Assembly (NCBI GenBank): GCA_016748015.1
Contig: JAAOMT010000096.1
Span: 133,955-197,954, forward strand
Source: Geosiphon pyriformis uo1
Taxonomy: Eukaryota > Fungi > Glomeromycota
Reading direction: 5' to 3'
DNA: 64,000 bases
Part shown: one piece after another, positions 28,375-41,061 of the stretch
Layout: each line of letters begins with the position of its first letter
Position numbering within the stretch: position 1 is the first letter of the stretch
Program-made: the position numbers and the translations under genes
The notes under the pieces: model-generated
What the model was told of the DNA's origin: nothing
Database searches by the model: none
What the model saw: only the letters and a program-made list of their open reading frames with translations

Positions 28375-28613
28375 AAGTTGCAAGAATGCTCCGCGAATAT
28401 GATTAGTTTAATTTCAGCTTCCAGAAATATCGCCGCTTGGCTGGGTACATTATCAATTTCGACAACGTTTAATAGCAAAAGCAGAGGAATTAGAAGTTCA
28501 TGTTATTATCCAAAATGAAGCTTATACATCCAAGACTTGGAGTTGGTGTGGAAACATCCGAAATTTTCTGGAGATCATGCAGGAAATAGTAGCAATGCTT
28601 AGCATTATCTATT
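28375..28613 (+). pseudogene. TnpB/Fanzor (IS200/IS605/IS607 OrfB-like) nuclease relic, internally deleted
   Basis: The + frame from 28436 reads LGWVHYQFRQRLIAKAEELEVHVIIQNEAYTSKTWSWCGNI. This matches the W-x-HY-x-F-x-QRL helix, the RuvC-II glutamate motif (E at 28517, EAYTSKT) and the first zinc-ribbon pair (CxxCG, here WSWCG). An upstream fragment VARMLREYD (~28377) is in another frame. No start codon, and no RuvC-I or RuvC-III motif is visible. Confidence 0.8.
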
Positions 28614-29021
28614 ATTGATATATTACAATCCATCCGTTTAGCGTAATTTATGGCAGTTTCACAATTTTGAAAGCTGTGTTTTCCGAGTATATTACTTTTT
28701 CCTTCTTCGTATGGTATATCTTTCAGTGTATGCACACGAGACATAGGTGTTAATAGAATCCAGTACCAATTCTAATTAATATACTTATTTAAAAAAATGA
28801 TAATACAGAAACAATTTGCATAAGTTTAACTAAGGGGAAAATTGAATCGAGGATGGCGGCAAAGGGGAGAAGGTAAATACTTTTTTTTAAAACGAGAAGA
28901 AAAATGAGAGGTTATTTTTTATTTTTTTCAGATCAAGGGCGATGTCACGTGAAATTGGACATTAATTTCGAGAGCATACTATTTGAACAACCCTCACCTT
29001 TCAGTTTCTTGTGCGGGGCGA

Positions 29022-32000
29022 ATGGAATCTAAAATGAGGAGTTAGGCATTTGAATTTGTTAAGAGCGAAGAATCATAATTATCTTTCTTGCTTATTTCCA
29101 TTGATAATTAGACGAAGATAGCAAAAAAGATCAAGTTCTGTCCCATGTTCTCCAAACAATCAACGCTGTAAAAGAGAATGTAAAACTACCGGACGAGCTT
29201 GAGGAGATACTTGAGGTTTATAAACTAGTCATTTATTTGTATTTTTTTTATTAATAAATTACAATTTCAACAATAAATGAAACCTTTTCGGGAAAAATCT
29301 TAAAGTTGCCTCCTGGGTTGAAAAGACCTTTAACTCGTGAAGACGTCAAAAATGAGTTAGAAGCCCGTTTTTTAGTACCGCAACCCACCTTTCCAAAATC
29401 ATGGCTGCCAAAGTGCCAGCAGTAAGTCATCAACAGCATGGGACTCTTTTTTCGTTAGACCCTTAAATTTCTTATCCTACTTGATAGAAATTGGGAACGA
29501 GACCCCAACTACTTTTCGTTCCTTACTCTACAACCCTCGAAACCACGAACTACAATAGAACTCGTGCGGGACGGAGTCGATGGTGAATTGATCTCATATA
29601 AAGAGGTTTAGGCGAGGCTTAAAATTTGATGTAAAACCTCAAAGATGTGTATCAGAGCCATTTTGAGACAATTTAATTTTATGACAGGTTGTATTACCAG
29701 AAACAACACTGACAGCAAAGAATTCTACATCCTTGTTGCGAGAACCCAGTGCCCCTGGAGATTTTGTAAAAGGAAGGTCAAACTATTTTCCTTTTGCACC
29801 TGGTAATTTATTTGTTTCAAGATTTTTGGAGATGCATTATCACTCTCAATGATATAAGAATTTGTTTCCCATTGATCAAAAATCTACGTAATTGATTTTC
29901 GTTTGAACATAAAGGGGGCTTGGAATCTGAGGTTTTAATCCATACAGCAGAGGACGTCACCAAAGTTTTGGAAGAAAGCTTTAAACTAGAAGAAGGTTGG
30001 TAGGGGTTGTATTTCATTCATTCAGGTCACTGGAATTCAAAAGGCAAGAGACTATTTTCAAGAAACCTCGTAATTAAATCATTAATTTAAAGCTTCAAAC
30101 ATTTTATAAAATTTGAATACATCACAAATATACAAGATGGATTATTGACGATACCTCCAGGATTTGAACGTGGACTTTTATTTGAAGGTAAAGCCTTAAG
30201 AACTATAGGTGTTTCTTTTATTTTCTTTTATTTTTGATTTGACCGTTTCGCAGGCGAGGGGCTCAACACAGATGCTGGAACCGGAAATTTTGTGACCGGA
30301 CTTAATATCGCAGATATTTTGACGCATGATGAAGATTATCTCGAATTTCTTGAGCCGATTCAGATCAATGCCAGTCAGGAAAATATAATCGAGGTTCATC
30401 TTGTTGATGCAAACGATTATCTGAAAAGAGATCAATCATCCTTACATTCATTTCATTTTCAAAACTCCATAGTCAACGGATGTTGATGTTATATCAGAAA
30501 CCGTAATTATACAGCCCTCAATAACTGAAGCTGAAGCAACAATGGATAGCTTTCTTCCTACTCAGGTAAAGTTTAATAATGTTTCTGATATACTCTCTGT
30601 GATTCCTACAATCATTAAGAAGCTTTCAATAGGCCCCGCCACTTCTAGGTGCGAGCCTAGTAAAAAGATCAGCTGGCATCCCAAAAAAAAGAGAGTGGGC
30701 ACATATTGTAGATGTGAACACGGAGCTCTCTAATTTCAAAGAATTAGTTCCCGAAATGGCATTTCAGGTAATTCATCAAAATCTTTTCTCATAACCAAGT
30801 AGGATCTTGAAAATTAATATCATTATGACATTATTTGGTGCTGTAAATTGTTCCAAGTATCCATTCGAATTAGATACATTCCAAAAACAAGCAGTTTATC
30901 ATTTGGAAAATGGGGATTCGGTTTTTGTTGCTGCACATACATCAGCAGGAAAAACTGTGGTAGCCGAATATGCAATCGCATTAGCCAGCAAACACATGAC
31001 CAGGTTAGGAACACTTGAGATTCCATATAATATGATCTTTTGCTCGATATGATTTAATTAATGTTTTTCTTAATTTCCATAACAGAGCCATCTACACATC
31101 CCCAATCAAGGCTCTTTCTAACCAAAAATATCGTGATTTCAAAAAAACATTTAGTGGTGATGTTGGGATCTTAACCGGAGACGTCCAGATTTCTCCTGAA
31201 GCATCTTGTTTAATTATGACTACCGAAATTTTACGATCAATGCTTTATAAAGGAGCTGACTTGATAAGAGATGTGGAATTTGTCGTTTTCGACGAGGTTC
31301 ATTATGTAAACGATTCTGAGGTAAATTTTTAAATTGTTTATAGCGAGCAGATATTGACAGACATCTAATTATTTTTGAGATTGATGAACTTGATATCCAA
31401 TATTCAGATTTATGAGTTTGTTCTTAATAGCGTGGCGTAGTATGGGAAGAAGTCATTATCATGCTTCCAGCTCATGTCAATCTCATCCTCTTATCAGCGA
31501 CTGTTCCCAACACGCAGGAATTCGCTGATTGGGTAGGGTATGTGAGCCGATAGATTTATGTAATGCTGGTAATATCATCGATTCAATTAACTTTGATATT
31601 ACTTATAGACGAACGAAAAAGAAAGATATATATGTTATCAGCACAGCCAAGCGACCTGTACCTTTAGAACATTACCTCTATGCTGAGAAAGAGATCTACA
31701 AAATTGTCGATGCTAAAAATCAGTTTTTAAATACGGGGCAAGTTTCCCATCATAATATTTCACTTTTGAAGCTTGATTATTAAAAAATTTAAATTGTATA
31801 GCTGGAAACAAGCCAACGACGCGTTGACGAAAAAGGAGAAAGAGAGTAAGCCAGCTAACGTTCGTGGTGGGCGGGGAGCTACTGGTTCTCGTGGTGCTAG
31901 TCGAGGTGGACGTGGGGCTCCGTATCGAGGAGGTGGCAATGGGAGTTATAGAACCATGATACATCAGGTACATTTATTTCTTAAATCCTTGTTGAAACAT

Positions 32001-35000
32001 TCATTTCCATATACTATCATATTTTATTATCTTATAAGGATCGAAATCTATGGAGTCATCTTATCGGATTTTTGAATAAGAAAAAACTACTTCCTGTCGT
32101 AATTTTTACCTTCTCCAAAAAAAAGTGCGATGAATATGCCCATGGTTTAACAAACGTAGATCTAAATACGGCCACTGAAAAAAGTCAAATCCATATCTTC
32201 ATAGAAAAAAGTTTAACCCGATTAAAAGGTTTTTTATCACTAAATTTGGCAACGCGCTCAAGCATCGACAACGAGTTAAGCATTTTCTTTAAATTTAAGG
32301 AACCGATAAAGAGCTCCCTCAAGTTGTAAAAACTCGCGAACTATTGAGCAGAGGTATTGCTGTTCATCATGGCGGATTGCTGCCAATCATAAAAGAGGCA
32401 AGAAAAATGCTATTATCTAAAATTTGCTCATTGATTTTGTCAAATTTTGGGATCAATGTTTCTTATAATTTACCACCAGATGGTTGAAATATTGTTCGGC
32501 ATAGGGCTAGTTAAAGTGTTATTTGCAACAGAAACATTTGCCATGGTTTGTCTTTCGGATGTTTTATTTTTTTCTATTATCAATCAAAGATATAATTATT
32601 TTCAATTTGTTGCTCTAAATGGCTTGCAGGGGGTCAACATGCCGGCAAAAACTGTTGTATTCTCGAGCACCAGAAAACATGACGGAAAATCCTTTCGGGA
32701 ATTGCTTCCTGGTTAGTAAATTGATTTAATAAAAATTAGTATTTTATATAGATTCCTTCACGTTTCCATATCCCCTAAACTGGCAGGTGAGTACACTCAA
32801 ATGTCTGGTAGGGCTGGTCGTCGTGGACTGGACGCCACGGGAATGGTTATTATTGCATGTTCAGGCGAGCAGGCTCCTGATGTAAGAAAAGAAACACGGC
32901 TATCTACTGTGTTATTAAAATGATTTCTATTGAATCGTTTCTCTATTACAGACGCCCACTTTAGATAAGATGATTCGTGGTAAACCGACGAAATTGGAGT
33001 CACAATTCCGATTGACGTACAATATGATACTCAATTTATTGCGAGTTGAAGCCTTACGCGTCGAGGAAATGATCAAGCGCAGCTTCTCCGAGAACACGGG
33101 CCAAAAGATGCTTCCGGATTACCAAAAAATGTTTGCTGAGGTGAGAAATTATATTTCATATTCTTAATATTGTAAAATTTATTAAACACATGTAGAAAAA
33201 TCGCCTAAATATTATTTAATTATATCTAGAAAAAGAAAAGTCTTGATGCATTTCAAACTTTGGATTGCACCATTTGCAATATTGATATCAATCAATATTA
33301 TGATGTATCATTCAGAATTCTCGATTTGAATCGTGCATTATTAAGAAAAATTGTTTCAACTCCTACTGGTATCAAGGCAATTAGTCCTGGCAGAGTGGTC
33401 ATAATCAACAATGTGGTATGCTAATGTGCCTCAATTTCTCTAGGTTTTTGTTTGTGGAAATATATATTAAAATTTATTTATTATAGTTTTATAGGAATAC
33501 TCCTGCTATCATTTTGAAATCTTCCTCTACAGGGGCAAAACATGGTGTAGCTCCGGCTGCAGCTCTTGCTGGGGCCATGGTCGATTCAACTGATCGTAAA
33601 TTTTTTGTCTTGATATTGTTAGATAAAAGAATAAAAGTCCCCACTGAAGGTTAGTAACCATTTCGATTTGTTCAAAATTTAATAGTAATTCTCTTATATA
33701 TATATTTACAGATATAATCAACCTTGATGGAATGGCTCCACTCCCCGTGACACGGGTGAAGATTCCTGATCAAAGCTCCGCCATCCATTATATCACCGAT
33801 ATAAACTCAAATGATATCGCAATTGTGACCAAGACGACTATTAAAGTAAATGCAAATTAAATTCCTTAAGATGATTTCTTCGGTTTATACTGATTTATGT
33901 TTTAACCAAAAAAAAGTTCGACTTTGAATTAGTGTTTGAAAAGCGTGAGGAAGCGGAAATTCATAAAGTTGTCCAAAAATTGCTGCGATATGCTATAGAA
34001 ACACAGACAGGTAATTTTTTTGTTTTAGTCTCTGTTAAGTATCATAAAATTTATGAACAAGCTAAAAAATACACTTTTTGTTTTATTATTGCATTGCAGT
34101 TGGAATCATTGAAAACGATTGGTCCAAAATAAAAGAACTTGAATTTCAAACACAATGGAAAGAGAAAATAACTCTGATGAGCAAATTAGACCACTATCAA
34201 TGCACTAAATGTCCTGATTTGAATGAACATGTAATATTATTACCGCTTTAAGAATCTTCATTATCTTGATATTTCAATCATCTCACACGCATTGGATCAT
34301 CTTTTCTAGTATGGCATGATCCATGGAGAACGCCTTCTAAAATTAAAAGTAGAAGAATTAAGGCATACTATATCTGATCAGAATCTCGAATTGCTCCCTG
34401 ATTACGAGCAAAGAATGGCTGTTTTGCGACAGCTCAATTATATTGACCAGAACGGGACAGTGCAACTTAAAGGGCGTGTCGCATGTGAGGTATTTCAGTG
34501 CGATTCCGACAAAATGGTCGAGATTTTTGTTTCACGTAAGGCTCAATTCAAGTAATATCTTCCTATGATAGATTAATTCAGCGGATGAATTGATTATCAC
34601 CGAATTAATACTTGATAATATCTTGGGTGACTTCGAACCTGAGGAGATTGTGGCTTTGCTCTCTTGCTTTTTATTTCAAGAGAGAAAAATAAGCGAACCT
34701 ACCTTGACATCCCATTTGGAAAAGGTATGATGGTAGAATCAGGCACAATTAACCAGAAAAACTAAAATTAATATCTTTATCAGGGTAAGAAAATTATACT
34801 TGATGTTGCTCAACATGTTGGAGAAATACAGAGCAAATGTGGATTACCAATTGGATCCGAAGATTATGTTCGTGGACTCAATTTTGGGCTTGTGGAAGTA
34901 GTATATGAATGGGCTAGAGGAATGGTAAAATTATCATATTTACTCTTGGATTAATATCATATCTAATTAGATCATCTCTATAATACAACCTCCTCGAAAT

Positions 35001-35284
35001 TAAAGACCTTTAAAGATATTATGCAACTTACGGATGTTTTAGAGGGCTCAATAGTACGATGTATCACTCGACTTGACGAAACTTGCCGCGAAATAAGAAA
35101 TGCTGCTAGAATAATTGGTGATTCATCCTTATATAAAAAGATGGAAGATGCGCAAGGCTTGATCAAACGCGATATTGTATTTGCTGCTAGTTTGGTAAGC
35201 CAACTTTGTTTGAAGGAAATATTTATTTGTTTCATGATAATTTGACCCTATATATATATATAATGTTTTTTGTAGTATTTTTGA
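29022..35284 (+). CDS. SKI2: Ski2 (SKIV2L) DExH-box RNA helicase, cytoplasmic exosome cofactor; >20 short introns
   Basis: [31 protein letters not shown] (motif I), [17 protein letters not shown] (~31291), [10 protein letters not shown]-rich insert, [64 protein letters not shown] and C-terminal [17 protein letters not shown]. The long N-terminal extension and RG insert favour Ski2 over Mtr4. The ATG at 29022 and the 9-nt last exon (35276-35284) are inferred from splice signals. Confidence 0.93.
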
Positions 35285-37720
35285 AGAAAAATATATAATT
35301 TTTACTTGATACGGGACTTTCATGACAAATAATTTTCGTTTGAATGGCTTAACGTCATCAGGTATGGACTAGGCACCGCAATGTGTAGAGCCGACCTGTG
35401 GAATTAAGATAATAAAACATCATTGCTGTGCACCATCTGTCATGTGATATAGTAAAACACTAAATCTCTATCTGAAAAGTTGGCATAAACAATAGATGAA
35501 GCCATGATTGACTGTTAGTATAAGGTTATGTTAACCGAAAAAGTAATCTATGAAAGCAGACAACTAAAAAATTTTAATCATCGCAAATCACATATCAACA
35601 AATTCAATTTTCAAAATATCTCTTAGATATTACTTTCGCTCTCTGAATATGTTCCCAAGTGAAAATTCCCAGTCAATTTATTTGAAGCTGCTATATCAAA
35701 TAGAAGATTCTCGTCCATTATTAATATATACGAATTCTCTCGGCCAAAATCAAGGGTTCTTAGGGTTGAAGCTTGAATGCGGCAAATCCTTTTATACTTT
35801 TTATAATTTGAGAATTTTTATGAAAATTCCAGTTTTAATGTTGAGGAAACATGAATTGACGGTTGGTTTTATCTTTCGCATTTTGATTTTGAATTCACAG
35901 TGAGTTAATTAATTTATTTTGCATATAATAGTGGAAAATGTTAGCATCGATCCAAAGAATCCTAAAAATGAGTCTGAAAAGTAAAACAGAGAAATTGTTT
36001 TACTAATTAAGTTAAAAGATGAGCAATTTTTTTTTACATTCATCTCTTTGGCATCAGATAAATCAATGTAAAATTCTTAAATAAAATCTAACCTTTTCAA
36101 TGATAAAAAAATTGGGTTTGCAAAGAAAAGAATTTGGAAAATTATGTTAAGTAACGCAAAAATTTATTCTAAAAATTAAAAAGTATGTTTCATATTAACG
36201 ATACAGTGAACTTCAGAGCAGCGTTAAAAAATTACTTTTTGCTTAATTTCAAAGCATTACCACATGTATTAGGTATCTAGTTTTAATCTATAAATTATTT
36301 CTCAGGCTACTCGATCAAATAAGATCAATGATACAAGAGTCAGAGGTAGGCCTGTTGGACAAACCTATAAGTTTTGACAACCGTAATAATTATAATCAGT
36401 ATTAACTATATTTTTCAATTTTAACAAATATGTCAAAATGTCAAAACCTGTCAAAATGTCAATAATAAAAAATTCTTGACAATAGTTAAAATTGACAATA
36501 ATAGTTACAATTATTATTATTAGTTAAAACTATTGATAATAATAAAAATTTATAAAGTTATTATATTAAAAAAACTTTATACAAAAAATACATTAGAAAT
36601 TTTACATTATATGTAAGAAAAATTTGATTTAATATACAATTGGACGTATTTTTATACTGCTATTTATTGGAAATATTTTTAGTAAGCCATTTTTGAATCA
36701 AATAAGATTTAATATCTCAGGATATTATTGTTGAAAAATTAAAAAAAATTCCTTTTATATCAAAAAAACTTAAAATTAATTATGTTATTATAAAATCTCT
36801 AATTACCCAAATTAAATTAAAATATTGAATATTTATTATTATTATTATTATTTTATTTACAAAATAATAATATTTTAATTAGGCTGGTACTAAAACCTGT
36901 TAATTTATTACAGTCGCTTAAATTGAAATGACAAATTTTTTTAATGCTACGAAAATTAATAAAACAACAATAATCATCAATTAGTTTAAATATTTTTAAC
37001 AATTTAAAAATTACAAAAAGTATTTAGAATATTGTAAAAAAAATATATATTAGTTTGTTTTATTTAAAACTTTATTTATAAAATTTATAAATATTGTATT
37101 ACAATTGAGCAACTTTTCTAATTACCAAAATTAACTTAATATATAGTAAAAAAAATCAACTATTAAGAAATAAAAAGCTATTATTTATATTTATTTTAAA
37201 AAGAAATTTTTACATTATTGCAATTAATATTTTGACTGTAAAAAAAATTCTGATCTAGATAATATCATTCATAGATATTATAAAATAAAAGTTATTTTAC
37301 ATTTTTGAAAAGTTTTTTATGATTTAATAAATTAATATTTTGATAAATTTGGCATAAATCAAAAAAAAATTAAATATTTAAAATATGTTTATTTCTATTT
37401 TAAAAATAATATTAAATGCTAAACTTTTGTTCAAAATAATATTTTATATTTTAGTTATTGTATATATATATTTTTTTTTTATATATTTAACGAGTGAGGT
37501 CCAAACGCGACCTAGCGCTATACTATATATTTTGTGATAATCTTAGGGCCAAAATAATAAATAAAAAAGAAAAAACAATGGTTACACATTATTTTATAGC
37601 CAAAAAATTATTAAGAATATAAAAATAAAGTAATCATTATTACTATTGATAAAACTTTTTTCAACATAATTTATAAATTTATTTTTATTTTCGACAAAAA
37701 ATTAAGACATTTTTAATATA

Positions 37721-39516
37721 CAGTCAGACCTCTATAAAAGAAGACAGTTGGGACATGCAAATAATGTTCCATTATAGAGGTGTTCTATTATAGAGTTTTA
37801 TAATTAAATAAACTAAATTTATTTATTAAATAAAATCAATTATTATTATTATTATTATTATTAAAATATTGATTAATTTTTACCTGTTTTTTAGAATTTT
37901 CCTTCATTTTTTCGTATTCATATAATTTTTTTCTAAGTAAATTTTGGTTTTCTATACTAAAATTTTCTTCTGCTAATTGCTCTTCAAATCTAATTACCTT
38001 TTTTAATGCTTCATATGCTTCTGTAATTGTAATTATAGCAGGTGGAGATTCTTCTAATTCTTCTTCCGAGTCATTAATTGTNNNNNNNNNNNNNNNNNNN
38101 NNNNNNNNNNNNNNNATAATTCATCAACTGCTACAGTATAATCTTCGAGATTTTTGACCAATTATTGTGCATTTGATGGTAAATTGTTGAATATATCCAT
38201 AGCAATTGATGTTTCGGATTCTTGAATTTCTAATTCTTGATTATAGAAAAGAATATCCGTTTTTTGCCAACAGTTTTGAATTGTAACAGATATTACTTGA
38301 AATCATGATTGAACAACATAATCAATTGCTTGTTTTATGTTTAATTTATTTCTAAAAAATAAATTAATATTAGATAAAATTATATAATCTATAATGATAA
38401 TAATACTGTATATATTATATTACTTAACTGTTCAATATTAATTTTTTGTTCAAATTGATGTAAAATATGTTGACAATATAAGTGCTTATATTTGCCTTTG
38501 AAAGATTTGATAATGCCAGCATCCATTGGTTGAAGATGTGATGTAGTATTTGAAGGAAAATAGTGCAAAGTAATATTGGTTAATTGGAATGAATCTTTCC
38601 CGATTTGAGTATGATGAGAAGTTGCATTATCAACCAAAAGTAATATATGCCGATTTTGAATTCGAAACCCTTTATTTATATATTTGAGCCATGCTTTCCA
38701 TATATCTGAGCGCATCCATGCTTTGGAATTGAATTTGTAAATCACAGGTAGGTTGGAAGTATTAATTCCTTTAAAGCATCTTGGATTTTTTGCATGTCCA
38801 ATTACTAAAGGTTGCAATTTGTGAGATCCAGTTGAATTTGTAGCAAGAAGAATTGTAATCCAAGATTTATCCTATAAAAAACCCAATTAATTTAATATAA
38901 CAATAATATATAACGATAACAATTGGTAAATATAATATACCAATTTTTTTCCTGCATTTCGACATTTTGCAAGTGTTTGATTTGGTCCCATACGAAAAAA
39001 TAATCCTGTTTCATCAGCATTATATATGTCAGCAGGATCAAATTCGGATATAATGGTTTTTAATTTTCTTCATTCTTCTGGTAAACTTTTAGTTGATACA
39101 CTTCCTGCTTCACCATGAAATCGGTAAACACATAACTGGTTTCGTTTTTTGAATTTTTGAATCCATCCATTTGAGAATTGCATTTCATTTTCGTGCATAC
39201 CAAGAAATTTGGNNNNNNNNNNNNNNNNNNNNNNNNNNNNNNNNNNNNNNNNNNNNNNNNNNNNNNNNNNNNNNNNNNNNNNNNNNNNNNNNNNNNNNNN
39301 NNNNNNNNNNNNNNNNNNNNAACATCTAGCACATGATATTTGTTCTTATATGAAGGTAAATTTCGAATAAATATTTGATAAAATTATGTTCTTGTTCCTT
39401 TATAGATTGTTCTTATATAAAGCGAAAATTGTTAATTAATCAATTGGTTCTATAAAAAAATGTTCCTTGTAAGAGGTTGTTCTTTTATCGAGGGTTCTTT
39501 TATGGAGGTCTGATTG
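37721..39516 (-). mobile_element. pogo/Tigger-family (Tc1/mariner) DNA transposon
   Basis: 22-bp TIRs at 37721-37742 and 39495-39516 (2 mismatches), with TA on both sides. Subterminal GTTCTT(T/A)TAT-like repeats at 39340-39500. Contains two N-gaps. Confidence 0.88.
37850..39212 (-). pseudogene. DDE_1/CENP-B-like (Tigger) transposase with introns, probably inactive
   Basis: Minus strand: DIYNADETGLFFRMGP, LATNSTGSHKLQPLVIG, NSKAWM, LLVDNATSH, HLQPMDAGII. GT-AG introns at ~38940-38872 and ~38423-38352. In-frame TGA (W>stop) near 38303 and an apparent frameshift near 39170. The N-terminus falls in an assembly gap. Confidence 0.8.
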
Positions 39517-39804
39517 TAGTTTCAATTGCTTTGGAATTCTCCTGAATTAATTAAGAATATTTATTGATATATTAATCAATATACATTACAGGACATTAAT
39601 CTTTTCAAAATATTCATTTGACGCTTTCTAGAAAAACGAAAATAAATAAGTAAATAAATAAATTAATCATTTATTTATTTATTTATGGTTGCGATTGACA
39701 TTGTCAAAAATGGTATTCATGTGACTTTTTATGATCTATATTTTCTATGATAAAACTGTGGTAGTCTCAAATTTTTCAAGTAAAAAATTAAAAACTTTTA
39801 TATC

Positions 39805-40256
39805 ATGAAATATCAAAAGCTCACTCTCGGTTAAATAACATTAATTTTTATTGCCTGCCTTCTTGTTTTATCGACCGACGGTTTTGCATTTCCTGGTATG
39901 AGCAACTTTGTTGATTGATTGAGAATTAACCTGAAAAAAAATTTCCTTTGCGTTAATCACTCATGATACGGAATTTAAGAATCAATTTCTTTCATTTTTT
40001 TGTCAAGAAGATAAAAGAGAATGCGCACCAACACCCTGCAATAAAGCACTATGTACAGTTGTTCGTTGTGGATCCTCCAAAACAATGTGTATAGCGGTTC
40101 GTCCAAAGGGTTGCCCATGTCGCCAAGCTATTTGCGTGAATCCTGGTAAGTTAAGGGAAAACTTGATTTCAACAAATATATAGTAAGCCAGGATGATATA
40201 TCAAATTAATTACAGACGAAGAAATACCTAAAGGCTGGAAACCAAAAAAAAGCTAA
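39805..40256 (+). pseudogene. Secreted 8-Cys peptide gene A (3 exons), with in-frame TAA in the signal peptide
   Basis: Exons 39805-39895, 40008-40145 and 40216-40256 (GT-AG, phase 1) give MKYQKLTLG*ITLIFIACLLVLSTDGFAFPEDKR-ECAPTPCNKALCTVVRCGSSKTMCIAVRPKGCPCRQAICVNPDEEIPKGWKPKKS*. Stop at 39832-39834. Missed by the ORF track. Confidence 0.72.
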
Positions 40257-40323
40257 AGGCTGGAATATTGGGAGTTGGTAACAAACGGCTATGAATTTCC
40301 TGGTCGGCCTCAATAGTAGAAAG

Positions 40324-40328
<5 letters not shown>

Positions 40329-40416
<88 letters not shown>

Positions 40417-40417
40417 A
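40329..40417. repeat. (GA)n microsatellite with AA interruptions
   Basis: Directly visible. Confidence 0.95.
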
Positions 40418-40780
40418 AGTGGTTAGCTAAAGTGGTGCAAATTTTTTTTCTTTGATAATTCTAAAATTTACGATTGGTTAGTATCTATTGACTGGTTGAT
40501 TTCAAAAATAGATAAAAAAATTATTACGCAGCCCATTTTAAATAATCAAAAATAGCCCCTCAATCATATAAAAATCTATCGTAACGAGAAGAAAAAATCA
40601 GGGAAAAAAAATCCAAAAACTTCAATTTATTTTTCAAACCGAACAAAATTATATTCTACTTCTAGTAAGTTATAAATTTATCCCAGTTTATCATCTCACA
40701 AGAATCAATTGATAATATAAATGAATTAAATTAATTCAACACTTTGTCACTCTTTCTTAACTCTGTTCCTTTTTAAACAG

Positions 40781-41061
40781 GTCCTGCATGTATACAGTGT
40801 TTAATTGCTTCTATTTGTAAAGACTGCCCCGATGGCTGTTGTAAAGTGACTCACCCATGCAGTAGTTGTGTTAAGGTTCAATGTATTGCTTCAGGTGTTT
40901 GATAAAAATATTTTATTTTGAAATATTTTTAAAAGGATTTGAAATTCTTTTAATTATTATGAACTTAAATTAGGGTGGTAAAATGGGAATGGTAAAGGTT
41001 ACAGTCGGGAAAAAATAATAATAGCTGTGTAATAACCAGTACTAAAGATTTAGAGGTTTGA
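40781..41061 (+). pseudogene. Cys-rich peptide gene B (probable pseudogene)
   Basis: Exon 40781-40894 (AG/GT bounded) reads PACIQCLIASICKDCPDGCCKVTHPCSSCVKVQCIAS. The next exon from 40974 reads GW*NGNGKGYSREK.., a tail related to gene E but with an in-frame TAA. An upstream donor GTAAGT (~40664) and TATA (~40567) are present, but no ATG or signal peptide was found. Confidence 0.6.

Noticed and set aside
28490-28744. Minus-strand 84-aa ORF MSRVHTLKD...
   Set aside because: Overlaps the TnpB/Fanzor relic on the opposite strand and has no recognisable motif; treated as an antisense shadow.
37489-37525. GC-rich mini-hairpin (AGGTC..GACCT) resembling a Helitron/Helentron end
   Set aside because: Only a 5-bp stem, and no matching other end was identified.
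39832-40981. Stop-codon reassignment (TAA as sense)
   Set aside because: TAA terminates genes D and E normally, and the SKI2 exons read without in-frame TAA.
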